Virus record (IMG/VR): IMGVR_UViG_3300044954_000145
Coordinates: 1 to 38,459 of that record
Direction: 5' to 3' (one strand)
DNA: 38,459 nt
Source of the DNA: a virus
Lineage: Duplodnaviria; Caudoviricetes
The translations under genes and the position numbers were made by a program. Of the stretch, positions 28,151 through 36,753 are shown piece by piece. The notes beneath the pieces were generated by a model. The model had not been told where the DNA came from, ran no database searches, and saw only the letters and a list, made by a program, of their open reading frames with translations. Each line of letters starts with the position of its first letter. The first letter of the stretch is position 1.

Positions 28151-28414
28151 TTACCACAAGTCTGCCGTGGTTCTCGTATCGCGCAGTTCTTCCAGTCGAC
28201 GCCGCGCCTGCGCGTTGCGCGCGTCCTTCTCCGATGACGAACTCACAAGATACGCCTCCTTTGGCTTCGTGGTGAACATCGGCCTGCACTTGTCGCACAC
28301 GTACCGGTATCCGGTCGCGTTCACGAGTGTCGTTCGTTTGCCCTTGAGGCCCGAGCCGCACGGGCATTGCTCGATCAGCATCGAGCGCTTCATTCTGGCG
28401 CCTTGAGGCATCAT
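28151..28414 (-). CDS. Small Zn-finger protein
   Basis: CPCGSG and CDKC motifs; ATG overlaps the upstream stop. Confidence 0.55.
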   Translation of the reverse strand: MMPQGARMKRSMLIEQCPCGSGLKGKRTTLVNATGYRYVCDKCRPMFTTKPKEAYLVSSSSEKDARNAQARRRLEELRDTRTTADLW

Positions 28415-28905
28415 TCGTCCTCCGTCGGCACGTACCTGTTCACCGACTCGGTCGGAAACCAGTATGCGGGGCGATTCAGGCCTTTGAGGTCGTACCAATT
28501 CTCGGGTTTCTTGCCATTGCGGGCGTAAGTCCAACCGTGGATACGGTACGATCCGTTGCGACCGGTGATGTGCCACACAATTCTGTGGTCCGGGTCTTTC
28601 TTTTCGATCCGCAACGGGGAGTCGTGATCTCCCGCGCAGCGACTGTCCATGTCGCCGAAATCCGGATCGCGAAACTTGCCCTTGCCCGGCCAGAAGTATC
28701 CGAATTCCTTCGCGACGGCGTACTCCCCGATCGCGCCCTCTATGTGTATTTGCCAGTCTTTCGTTCCGTCATAGCCCCCCGCGTTCTGGCGTTTGTCCTT
28801 GATGTTCTCCGTCTGTCGCATGACGCCGGCAATCGCGCCAGTCATGATCTCCCAGGGGGTGAGTGTGACCGTGATGTAGCCTTCCCACGTTCGTGCCTGT
28901 TTCAT
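28411..28905 (-). CDS. Hypothetical protein, possible degenerate PD-(D/E)XK fold
   Basis: GAIGEYAVAK...PDFG motif; ATGA-coupled to yqaJ. Confidence 0.65.
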   Translation of the reverse strand: MKQARTWEGYITVTLTPWEIMTGAIAGVMRQTENIKDKRQNAGGYDGTKDWQIHIEGAIGEYAVAKEFGYFWPGKGKFRDPDFGDMDSRCAGDHDSPLRIEKKDPDHRIVWHITGRNGSYRIHGWTYARNGKKPENWYDLKGLNRPAYWFPTESVNRYVPTEDE

Positions 28906-29924
28906 TTCCCTTTTCTCCTAAAGACTCTGAACCAATGCTCGCGTATGTACGGCTCGACGAGAGCGGTGTGCTCCGCCTTGAGCCGACGTTGATCGAGGCT
29001 TTTGCCGCGCTGCCTGTTCCAGGTGCCGACAACCTTGCCGTCGTAGACAAGGGCAACATCTTCCTTGGCAGCGACGTTAGGTGCCTCGCCATCGAGAAGC
29101 GGCTTGTCCCATGCGTCCGCGATGTACTTCGCGACGAGCCAGTCCGCTTCCGCGATGTCCTTCTCGACCATCGAGTTCGACTTTGCCGCCTCCATCCGCT
29201 TCATGAAGACGTTAAAGATTTTCGCGTCGAGGATGATCGGGCGCCCGAGCCGGGCGTTGAGCATCGCCTGCACTTCCTCGGTCGTGCTAGGCGGAGGCGG
29301 GATCCGGTTCTGAACCCGGCCCCAGAAGTTGACGCACGCTTCGCGCATCGACTGTATGGTGTCCGTCTCTGCGACTATCGGGAAGCACTGCAATTGATCG
29401 AGCCCGAACAACGCGGCGATGAATCCGATCGGGCGCCGGGTGACGCCTAAGCCGTGCATCACCTGAGCGGCGTAATGAACGGGAACCTCCTCGCTGCCGT
29501 GCTCGCCCCATTCGCTGGCGGCAAACGGATGCACGGTCTTGATCTCACCGTTCACGAGCGTGCCGCTCGGGATTGCCATGAGGTCGTCGCGATCGGGGAA
29601 CCGCATCTTCACGCTGTCGGTCAGGATGAACTCGAAGTCGACCTCGGCCGCCAGGAAGGGCAGATCCGGGTCGGTATACCTGTTCGGGTTGCCGTCCATC
29701 GACAAGCGGGTAACCTCGATCCCGTACTCGTCGGCCAGCATTTCGGCGACCACGGGTTCCTGCCGCTTGCGCCGAGCGAAAAACTTCTCCTGCTTAAGAC
29801 TAAGGGGCTCGGGCGGGCCCTCTGAGGTCATGAACTCATATAGCTTGAGGGGCGTGCTCCACGGGCTCAGTCCGAGGACTGCCGCGACTGCCGAGCCTCC
29901 GATGTACTTGCGCCTGTCAATCAT
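28902..29924 (-). CDS. YqaJ-like viral recombinase / lambda-type exonuclease
   Basis: RRKYIGGSAVAAVLGLSPWSTP, EVD, EIKT and YAAQV motifs. Confidence 0.9.
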   Translation of the reverse strand: MIDRRKYIGGSAVAAVLGLSPWSTPLKLYEFMTSEGPPEPLSLKQEKFFARRKRQEPVVAEMLADEYGIEVTRLSMDGNPNRYTDPDLPFLAAEVDFEFILTDSVKMRFPDRDDLMAIPSGTLVNGEIKTVHPFAASEWGEHGSEEVPVHYAAQVMHGLGVTRRPIGFIAALFGLDQLQCFPIVAETDTIQSMREACVNFWGRVQNRIPPPPSTTEEVQAMLNARLGRPIILDAKIFNVFMKRMEAAKSNSMVEKDIAEADWLVAKYIADAWDKPLLDGEAPNVAAKEDVALVYDGKVVGTWNRQRGKSLDQRRLKAEHTALVEPYIREHWFRVFRRKGK

Positions 29925-29992
29925 TTGCTACACTCCTTTGCCACGGTCGTGAGATTTTCGGCCGGGTGTCATCGACATGTCAAGAGGATTCC

Positions 29993-30202
29993 ATGGTCAA
30001 ACAACACCCACTTGTTGCTGCATCGAGAAAGAGGTTGCTGGACATGCGCGGCACCGGGGAGCGAGCCCAGGTAGCCAAACGCGCCGGCATCACTTACAGA
30101 ACAGTGAACGCAATCTGCCAGGGCAAACTCCGCGAGATGGTGTTCTCCCGCGAAGTCCGCCTAGCGCGTGCTGTCGGGCTCGATCTGCGCGACTACCTCT
30201 AG
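29993..30202 (+). CDS. Small HTH (Cro/XRE-like) regulator
   Basis: GAGGA SD; RAQVAKRAGITYRTVNAICQG helix-turn-helix; divergent from yqaJ. Confidence 0.65.
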   Translation: MVKQHPLVAASRKRLLDMRGTGERAQVAKRAGITYRTVNAICQGKLREMVFSREVRLARAVGLDLRDYL

Positions 30203-30393
30203 AGAAGTGTCGCGATCACGCGATCGAGCACGAGCACGATAAAAAAAAAGACAACCCAACAGACCGCATCGCTGCGGATTCCTGTTGGGTAATGGTGACG
30301 GTAATGCGAGATTGCGCTTTCGACCGCGCCGTAGGTGCCGATTGCAAACAGCATCCACAGCAGGCCGCGCATGACGAGAGCGTCGTCGCTCAC
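30199..30393 (-). CDS. Small membrane protein (two TM segments)
   Basis: GTG start with GGAGG SD, overlapping the upstream stop; two hydrophobic stretches. Confidence 0.5.
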   Translation of the reverse strand: MSDDALVMRGLLWMLFAIGTYGAVESAISHYRHHYPTGIRSDAVCWVVFFFIVLVLDRVIATLL

Positions 30394-30629
30394 GTTGTGT
30401 ACCTCCAGATCACGCGGGGCTTGTTGACTGCCCACGTCTCGCGCTCGTAGCGGTCCGGGTCGCGCTCTCCCTCGAACACGACACCGTACGCCTGGGCGCC
30501 CCATGCGTTGGTGTACTCGATGATCTTGACTGCCCTCGGGTTGTCCGGCGCGTCCTCCGGGTGATTCGCGAGCCGGCCGTTCCCGGTGATCAGTTCGTCG
30601 ATGATGTTCTTGCTGCTGAACGTAGCCAT
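30390..30629 (-). CDS. Hypothetical protein
   Basis: AGGAGG SD, 79 aa. Confidence 0.75.
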   Translation of the reverse strand: MATFSSKNIIDELITGNGRLANHPEDAPDNPRAVKIIEYTNAWGAQAYGVVFEGERDPDRYERETWAVNKPRVIWRYTT

Positions 30630-30681
30630 GCTGCCTCCTGATTGAAGCGGGGCGTTTTGGGCCGCCCCGATGCCCTGCTTA

Positions 30682-31764
30682 CTATGCTGCCTTGGCGATG
30701 CGCTCCCAGTCGTTACGCGGGAGTTCGATCACGCGCCCGCCGAACCGCTCGAACTCGGTAGCGCGATCGTAATCCGGCAAGTCCTCCGCCGTGCGGGTCA
30801 CGGCATTGAAGAGACCGTACCGGGTCAGGTCTCCACCCTCGATCAAGTGCTTCAGGACCGAGTTGGTCTCGCCCTTCCCCATCCCGAGCGTCTTGCCCAG
30901 GACCTCGACTGCCGCGACCGGGCTACCCTCGATCTTCTGCTCCGAGGTCTCGCCGAGCTTGTCGCACAACGCCTCGAACCGTGCTGCGTTCAGTGCGCCA
31001 GCGACAACGTCGCGAACCTGCGCCCAGACTGCCGCGTCCGTCTTGCGACGGGTGTCGTCCGACAGGAGTCGGAACACGTCATCCGACAACTCGGCACGTG
31101 CGCCCGTGTGGTACTTGCGCATGTTGTTGCCGACCATGGCGAGGTTCGTGCAGGCCTTGGTGAACACGCCGCTCTCGATGAAGACCGCGCCGCACCCGAC
31201 CTCCGAGTTGGAGATCGTCACTGCCGGCGAGACCGTGTCGAAGAAGACGTGCGAACCATCGCCGAGCTTTCTGCCGCTCGGCACGTCGCGCAGGATGCGC
31301 TCGTCGACTGCCTTGATGTACAACCTCCGCTCGGTGATCTCGCACGAGAGCAGGATCAAGCCCTCGCGTTGGAGCACCGGCAACACCGCTTCCGCAAGCT
31401 CGGCGTTTTCGAGCGGACGGTAGCGGTCGGACAGCAACGCCCGGACCTTTCCGTCGAGCGTGCGCACCATGCGCTTGTCCGACTTCTGGACCATCCAGTG
31501 GTTGACGTTCGTGGCGAGCAGGCCCGGATCCGCCTGGAGCATGCGATCGTAGTACGCCTTCGGGATGTCGGTGTACTCCGCGATCTGCCCGTGGGCCAAT
31601 CCGCCGACCGAGTGCTCGACGAGGTCGCCGACCTTCATGACGACTCCGCCTTCCGCCGGCCGCAGGGCCAGCGCGGTTGCGTTCGCAACGTAGTCGCGCT
31701 TTGCCTTGCTCTGGCGATCGATTTCGATTGCGAGTTCTTGCAGTGACTTTCCGATCTTAGCCAT
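30682..31764 (-). CDS. DUF932-like phage/plasmid protein
   Basis: RALLSDRYRPLEN, ISNSEVG, CTNL and YGLFNAVT motifs; AGGAG SD. Confidence 0.8.
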   Translation of the reverse strand: MAKIGKSLQELAIEIDRQSKAKRDYVANATALALRPAEGGVVMKVGDLVEHSVGGLAHGQIAEYTDIPKAYYDRMLQADPGLLATNVNHWMVQKSDKRMVRTLDGKVRALLSDRYRPLENAELAEAVLPVLQREGLILLSCEITERRLYIKAVDERILRDVPSGRKLGDGSHVFFDTVSPAVTISNSEVGCGAVFIESGVFTKACTNLAMVGNNMRKYHTGARAELSDDVFRLLSDDTRRKTDAAVWAQVRDVVAGALNAARFEALCDKLGETSEQKIEGSPVAAVEVLGKTLGMGKGETNSVLKHLIEGGDLTRYGLFNAVTRTAEDLPDYDRATEFERFGGRVIELPRNDWERIAKAA

Positions 31765-31974
31765 GTGTTGCTCCTATTTGTGTTCCGCCGGGTTCCGCCG
31801 ACGGTCGGTGATGCGAATAGGGGGGGTGCCGGTTGGATGGATTCACCCGCGCCGGCTCGCGGTGTAGAACCGCGCATCAGTCTCACGCCATCGGCCCACT
31901 GATACGCGCCAACGCATGCCTGGATCCATCCACCGTGGCAGAGGCGCCAGTAAATGAACCGGGCCGACGATCCA

Positions 31975-32187
31975 TTATCGTGGAACGAAAGTCGGGCAGG
32001 CGATGTTCATGCCGTCCCGCTTTCCGATCGAGGCAGTCGATCCGCCCGGCATGAATTCCGGCGCATCGAGCGGCGCGACAGCGAGCCATCCCTCGCACTG
32101 CTCGGCTAATTGCACCGAGCGGGTGAGTTGGCAGACTGCCAGCATGCGAACGAGGTTCGAGATCGGGTCAGGGTAGATTCTCTTCAT
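31975..32187 (-). CDS. Hypothetical protein
   Basis: AGGAGA SD upstream of ATG at 32187. Confidence 0.4.
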   Translation of the reverse strand: MKRIYPDPISNLVRMLAVCQLTRSVQLAEQCEGWLAVAPLDAPEFMPGGSTASIGKRDGMNIACPTFVPR

Positions 32188-32479
32188 GCCTTTTCTCCTT
32201 GTGAAGGTTGTAGCGGCCGACTTCGCCGCCTTGCTTGCCCCAGAGGACCATCTTTTCCCGGCTACCCCAACACGCACCCGGCGTGTTGTTGTAGAAATAC
32301 GCGGCAAACGCCTGGATGTTGGCGAGGTTCTCGTCGTCCGCCTGCTGCATGGCGCCGGCAAGATCGTTGCAGATTACCGCTTGCAGGAATCCGCCTGGGA
32401 TGATTCCCTGGAGTACGTAGCGCTCGATCGGCGCCAGCATGCGTTCCGGGACTTGCCACTGTCGAAACTGATACGGCAT
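32168..32479 (-). CDS. Conserved-looking hypothetical phage protein
   Basis: PGGFLQAVICNDL..A...AD..N motif; GGAGA SD. Confidence 0.75.
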   Translation of the reverse strand: MPYQFRQWQVPERMLAPIERYVLQGIIPGGFLQAVICNDLAGAMQQADDENLANIQAFAAYFYNNTPGACWGSREKMVLWGKQGGEVGRYNLHKEKRHEENLP

Positions 32480-32673
32480 CTAGGTCTCCAGTAATGCAGG
32501 CAGTCGCGGCCGCCTGCTTCGCCGCTTGAGCACACTCGTTGAATGCGCTCAAGACATTCGGGGCAATTTCTGGGCCGCCCCGCTTCGCCTCCCCGCTGCG
32601 GATCGGTCCGGCACTCCCGCGCCGCCCTTTCCTCTGCACTGCACCTCCCGCGCAGGGGTTCTCTTCTGCTCGT

Positions 32674-32955
32674 TCACCTCGGCTCGAACCGCAGGTCGAG
32701 CGCAAGGATGTCCACAAACCCGGTCCGGGACCGGGACTCGCGCTGCCGGATGATCAACACGAGGTCCTTGATCTTCATGATCCGGGCCCAGTGGTTGATG
32801 TGGCGCGGCAGGCCGCACCGGTTATTCCTCCACCCGGCCAGCGCTTCCTCCGGGGAGTCGAAGCGCTCGCGCGTGATCACGGCGATCGTGTGGGGGGTCG
32901 CCGTGCGGCGCGCGTCCCACTTCTTGCCGCGCTTGCCCTCCAAACTTTTGCTCAT
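32674..32955 (-). CDS. Hypothetical basic protein
   Basis: GAGGT SD; packed in the operon. Confidence 0.55.
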   Translation of the reverse strand: MSKSLEGKRGKKWDARRTATPHTIAVITRERFDSPEEALAGWRNNRCGLPRHINHWARIMKIKDLVLIIRQRESRSRTGFVDILALDLRFEPR

Positions 32956-32957
32956 GT

Positions 32958-33164
32958 TTACCTCACGTGTGTTGGATCCGAGCCCAGGAAGACCGAATGG
33001 TAGTAAGCGTTAGATCCGGTCCCGATCTTGGCTTGACCGACCAGAAACCCGTCAGATGTACGGCTAACCTCGACGAGTTCCATTCGACCGTAGTGCTCGT
33101 TATGAATCACTCGCTTCAGGTGCGGGTAGCCGGGAAAACTGTTGCTGCGTTGTGCCTTACTCAT
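32958..33164 (-). CDS. Hypothetical protein
   Basis: GAGGTG SD before ATG at 33164. Confidence 0.6.
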   Translation of the reverse strand: MSKAQRSNSFPGYPHLKRVIHNEHYGRMELVEVSRTSDGFLVGQAKIGTGSNAYYHSVFLGSDPTHVR

Positions 33165-33166
33165 GT

Positions 33167-33361
33167 TCACCTCGGAGGTTTGATTTGAAACGGACTCACC
33201 GGCACGTGGTTCGGGCAACCTGGGGCGTGCCTCGGTATGCCGCGAACCTTTGTCGGCGTGCACTTGCTGCACCGGGCTTCGACATGGACCCGGCCCAGGA
33301 TCACCGTTTTGTCGAAGCCGGCGCCGAGCGCCCAGTCGTAACTCTGAGTTGTGCGGATCAC
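33167..33361 (-). CDS. Small Zn-binding protein (CxxC...HxxGC)
   Basis: AGGAGA SD and GTG start; CSKC...HAPGCP motif. Confidence 0.55.
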   Translation of the reverse strand: MIRTTQSYDWALGAGFDKTVILGRVHVEARCSKCTPTKVRGIPRHAPGCPNHVPVSPFQIKPPR

Positions 33362-33369
33362 TTGTTCTC

Positions 33370-33621
33370 CTACTTGATGTCGATCGACTCGGGCACGACT
33401 TGCCCGCGCCGGATCGTGTTGAGAGTGAAAAAGTCGCCGTGATTCACGACGTACTGGAAGCCGTCGCACCACCAACCATATTCGCGACGGATGACGTTCT
33501 TGCTGCCGACTGCAACGAACTCCGGCCGGCCGAGCGCCCGCTCGTGGAGAGCGGCAAGCTCGGGTGATCCGAACCGGAACATCGGAATCCCTGCTGCCCG
33601 ACATTCGGCCAGGGTTGGCAT
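33370..33621 (-). CDS. Hypothetical protein
   Basis: Packed ORF in the early operon. Confidence 0.55.
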   Translation of the reverse strand: MPTLAECRAAGIPMFRFGSPELAALHERALGRPEFVAVGSKNVIRREYGWWCDGFQYVVNHGDFFTLNTIRRGQVVPESIDIK

Positions 33622-33623
33622 CG

Positions 33624-33827
33624 CTACACCGCTTTTTCCGGGATGCGTGCCGTCACGACCACTGCTCCGCCGCCGAGCACCGAGCGCCCAGACTTGTTCT
33701 GGATTGCGACCGGGGCGAGGTGACGCAGCAAGTGGCGCCAGTCGACCAAAAGCTCGACGGTCACTTCGACCGGCTTGCCGTTGATCTGAACAACTTCAGT
33801 GCCGCGTGCAATGCGACCAAGATTCAT
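33624..33827 (-). CDS. Hypothetical protein
   Basis: AGGAGG SD, ATGA overlap with the upstream gene. Confidence 0.6.
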   Translation of the reverse strand: MNLGRIARGTEVVQINGKPVEVTVELLVDWRHLLRHLAPVAIQNKSGRSVLGGGAVVVTARIPEKAV

Positions 33828-34156
33828 GCTGCCTCCTTCTTCTTGGCGACTACCTTGACTGCGAGAAAAGGCTCGCCCCGAACGAGGGCGTGCCTGAACG
33901 TGTTCGGATGCATGTGACTCCGAACGTACTCGATGTCCAGAGTCTCGCGACCCGGATGCAAAGCGACGGATGCGTCGAACAGAACGCCCGAGGGCGAGCC
34001 TCCGTCCGGATACCGGCACTTAAGTTCGAGCGCGAGCGCCTTCTCACGCGCCAGCGCGACTGCCGAGTTCGCTTTCGCGAGCCCGATCGCGTCCACAAGC
34101 TCGGAGTCGGAGAGCGACTCGATTTTGTTTTTGACCAAATCTAGGATGGTTGTCAT
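33824..34156 (-). CDS. Hypothetical protein
   Basis: AAGGGG SD, 110 aa. Confidence 0.7.
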   Translation of the reverse strand: MTTILDLVKNKIESLSDSELVDAIGLAKANSAVALAREKALALELKCRYPDGGSPSGVLFDASVALHPGRETLDIEYVRSHMHPNTFRHALVRGEPFLAVKVVAKKKEAA

Positions 34157-34209
34157 GCCTGTCCCCTTTCACGGGATCATTGCGCGCAGGTCCGCTGCGC
34201 GTGCCGGCC

Positions 34210-34413
34210 CTACTTGCCGCTCGGACGCAATGGATCCGCGTCCTCGGGCGCCTTCTCGATGCTCAGGGTTATCGCCGCCGGGAACTTGCCGGGGTACTTC
34301 GTTCTGAGCCACGGCTTGTTGATGTAGACCGCAGTCACTGGCGCCGCCGGGTTGAACGACTCATAGACGACGGTGTTCTTGGTTTCCTTCCGATACGCCA
34401 TCACGTGGCTCAT
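34210..34413 (-). CDS. Hypothetical small beta-rich protein
   Basis: AAGGAG SD; KETKNTVVYE...VYINK motif. Confidence 0.65.
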   Translation of the reverse strand: MSHVMAYRKETKNTVVYESFNPAAPVTAVYINKPWLRTKYPGKFPAAITLSIEKAPEDADPLRPSGK

Positions 34414-34512
34414 AGCGTCTCCTTCGCGATCATGCTCTCCAATCGTTGCACGCAGAACCGCTGCGTGTGCCGGCACTCTCGGCGGCCCTCTTGCGAGGAC
34501 CACCTGGAGTGC

Positions 34513-34707
34513 TCACCCGATCATCATTCGCCGGATGGCTTCGTTGCGCGCCCTGTTCTTCGACGCGCGGTTGTACGTGTAGAGCATCACGACGCGATTC
34601 GACTCCTCGTCGCGCACCACGAACATCTCGCTCTCGGGCCGATCGTAGACAACGAAACGGCCGAGCTTCGCCACAACGACTGACGCCGCTTTTTTCATCA
34701 GGTTCAT
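34513..34707 (-). CDS. Hypothetical protein
   Basis: GGAGG SD, 64 aa. Confidence 0.65.
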   Translation of the reverse strand: MNLMKKAASVVVAKLGRFVVYDRPESEMFVVRDEESNRVVMLYTYNRASKNRARNEAIRRMMIG

Positions 34708-34718
34708 GTCGCCTCCAC

Positions 34719-34883
34719 TTAGTTAGTCACGAAGCCGGCCGCTGTCGCGACCAGTACGCCATCGACAAACGCGCCGACCCGAACCAGTTTCCCGGTCCGA
34801 GAGATCTCGCGCACCACTGCGCCAACCCGCGACGCGAAAACTGCGAATGCTGCCAGCGTTGAGAATTTGTTGACCTTGTTCAT
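34719..34883 (-). CDS. Hypothetical 54-aa protein (first gene of the leftward operon; not in the ORF track)
   Basis: AGGGGA SD; MNKVNKFSTLAAFAVFASRVGAVVREISRTGKLVRVGAFVDGVLVATAAGFVTN. Confidence 0.55.
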   Translation of the reverse strand: MNKVNKFSTLAAFAVFASRVGAVVREISRTGKLVRVGAFVDGVLVATAAGFVTN

Positions 34884-35254
34884 TTGAGTCCCCTACTTAG
34901 TGCAGACTGTCGTCGGCCGCCTGCGTATCGCCGCCTCATGGTGCTGTTCCCAACACCATCAGGTGCAGTGGCACGGTCGTGCCGCCCACTGCTCTGTAAG
35001 ATTGCATCCTTGTACCCTCGACTACCGGTCCGCACATGCTTGCTAGACATGCTTGGCTCGGCGCACTACGATCAGGCTTCCTGCCTTCGCCGCGAGGTTT
35101 ACGGGACTAACTGGACCCGGTTGGTTACGCGCCCGTTGCCGGTCACCCTGGCAACCCGGAGACGACACCCTCTCCGGCGGAACGCCCCAACCATCTCGTC
35201 CTGGGGTCTGGACTTCTTATTAGCTACTTGACTACTGAACTACAACTGCAACCA

Positions 35255-35376
35255 TATTTGACATGAATGTCACGATCGTGTCAATACCCACGTAAGCCCT
35301 TGATTCAGAATGACATTATCGTGTCATCGAAAATGTCGAGATTCGTTGACACCTGTTGACATGATGCTGGTACACT
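35255..35376. promoter_or_regulatory. Divergent early promoter/operator region
   Basis: AT-richer gap between divergent operons. TTGACA at 35258, 35346 and 35356 and reverse at 35279-35284; inverted repeats TGACAT-GA-ATGTCA and TGACA-N6-TGTCA; TGGTACACT extended -10 candidate. Confidence 0.7.
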
Positions 35377-35403
35377 CAGCGACCCGTCAACAAGGAGGTG
35401 CAG

Positions 35404-35724
35404 ATGGACTCGAAGACCAAGCTGACGTTGCGCGAGCTTGCGGCGCATCTGAAACACACGATCGACTCAACAGTCGCCTCGATCGAGAGCTTGAACGAGA
35501 CCTGCCCGTTAGTCGAGGCGACGTTCTTGTACGACATGTGCGGTTACACAGGCGGGCTCGCCAGGGCATACTGCCAATCGTTCGAGCCGACCTTCACCAA
35601 GGATCTTAAGAAAGAGGTCATGGCGGACTCGGTCATTCACGTGCTCGGCCTGATCAACAAGTACGGTTGGGTGTCGATGCCTACCGACGAGAAGGTGGCG
35701 ATGGACAAAAGGAGGTCGCACTGA
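35404..35724 (+). CDS. Hypothetical protein
   Basis: AAGGAGGT SD; first rightward early gene. Confidence 0.75.
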   Translation: MDSKTKLTLRELAAHLKHTIDSTVASIESLNETCPLVEATFLYDMCGYTGGLARAYCQSFEPTFTKDLKKEVMADSVIHVLGLINKYGWVSMPTDEKVAMDKRRSH

Positions 35725-36128
35725 TGGATAACGGGTGGAAGTTCCGTCTCAAGGACATTCCGTCTGACCTTGATGCGAAAGGCTATGTCGATGACATATC
35801 GAGCGCGAGTGACTTGAAGTCCCTCAGGGACATTATCGAGCGTTGGTCCAACTTCGCCCAGGATGCGTGGGTGATCGTGCGCGACATGCCAGAGGAGGAC
35901 TTCGAGCCGTTTCGCAAGGGGCTCAGAGCAGAAAGGCGCGGCAAATTCGCTGGCGAAGAGTGGTCGGACAGGTTCGGCTCGATCCTGCTGCCGGAGGTGA
36001 TGATCAAGGTATCGATGGTCGCGGAGCACTTCAAGGTGCCATGGGGGCTCGCGCTTCACCGTCTCGTGCAGGAGGGGCACTTGCGCGAGCGTGCGGACGG
36101 TGTGATCGACGTGATCGAACGGAAGTGA
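35724..36128 (+). CDS. Hypothetical protein
   Basis: AGGAGG SD, TGATG overlap. Confidence 0.75.
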   Translation: MDNGWKFRLKDIPSDLDAKGYVDDISSASDLKSLRDIIERWSNFAQDAWVIVRDMPEEDFEPFRKGLRAERRGKFAGEEWSDRFGSILLPEVMIKVSMVAEHFKVPWGLALHRLVQEGHLRERADGVIDVIERK

Positions 36129-36130
36129 TC

Positions 36131-36712
36131 ATGGCGTACCGAATCGAGATCAAGGTCAGGAACGCACCGCTTTATCGAGCGGTGACCGCTCACCACAAGA
36201 CTGTCGCCGAGTTCTGTCGCGCCCACGACTTTAGACAGTCTCTCATCGGAGACCTGCTGAACCTGAAGCGTTCGCCGATTCGCGCGAATGGTGAGTGGAC
36301 GAAGACCGCGAAGAAGTTGGCGGACATAACCGGGTTGTTGCCGGACGAACTCTTCCCGGACGCATGCCAAATCAGGTTAGAGAAAAACGTAGCGGCATTC
36401 GAGGCTTCCCCGGAGCAGGTTGCTGCGATCATGGCGCCGGACGATCCCGAGCGCGCGCTGTCTTTCGAGGAGATGAAGCGTGATGTTCGGCGTTCTGTTT
36501 CGAGGTTGTACCCCAGTCTGAGGAAGGTTCTCATCTTGCGTTTCGGTCTTAATGGGGATGAGCCCCAAACACTCGAACAGATCGCAAAGCAAATAGGGGT
36601 CACGCGGGAGCGCGTGCGGCAACTCGAAATGAAGGGCATGCGCAGGTTACGCGAGAGCGCTAGGCCCCTCGGGCGTGACGCCGTGCTTCTTGACCATCTC
36701 AAAGACGAGTAG
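36131..36712 (+). CDS. Regulator with N-terminal XRE-like HTH and C-terminal sigma-70 region 4
   Basis: VLILRFGL....TLEQIAKQIGVTRERVRQLEMKGMRRLR closely resembles RpoD/RpoS region 4; no region 2 seen. Confidence 0.8.
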   Translation: MAYRIEIKVRNAPLYRAVTAHHKTVAEFCRAHDFRQSLIGDLLNLKRSPIRANGEWTKTAKKLADITGLLPDELFPDACQIRLEKNVAAFEASPEQVAAIMAPDDPERALSFEEMKRDVRRSVSRLYPSLRKVLILRFGLNGDEPQTLEQIAKQIGVTRERVRQLEMKGMRRLRESARPLGRDAVLLDHLKDE

Positions 36713-36753
36713 CATCACCTCACCCGGCGTTCAACCATCAACGAGAGATCACA

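Noticed and set aside
30670-31746. 358-aa plus-strand ORF
   Set aside because: Antisense shadow of the DUF932-like gene, common in GC-rich DNA; no motifs
32549-32677. Possible 42-aa Arg-rich N-like antiterminator ORF (minus strand)
   Set aside because: Weak SD, and the composition is expected by chance in GC-rich DNA; it overlaps the family C hairpin; insufficient support
34176-34934. CRISPR-like array formed by the early-region repeats
   Set aside because: Only two copies per family, separated by whole genes rather than uniform spacers; no cas genes
35843-36130. N-terminal extension of the sigma-4 ORF
   Set aside because: Overlaps the gene at 35724-36128; ATG at 36131 directly after that stop is the more plausible start
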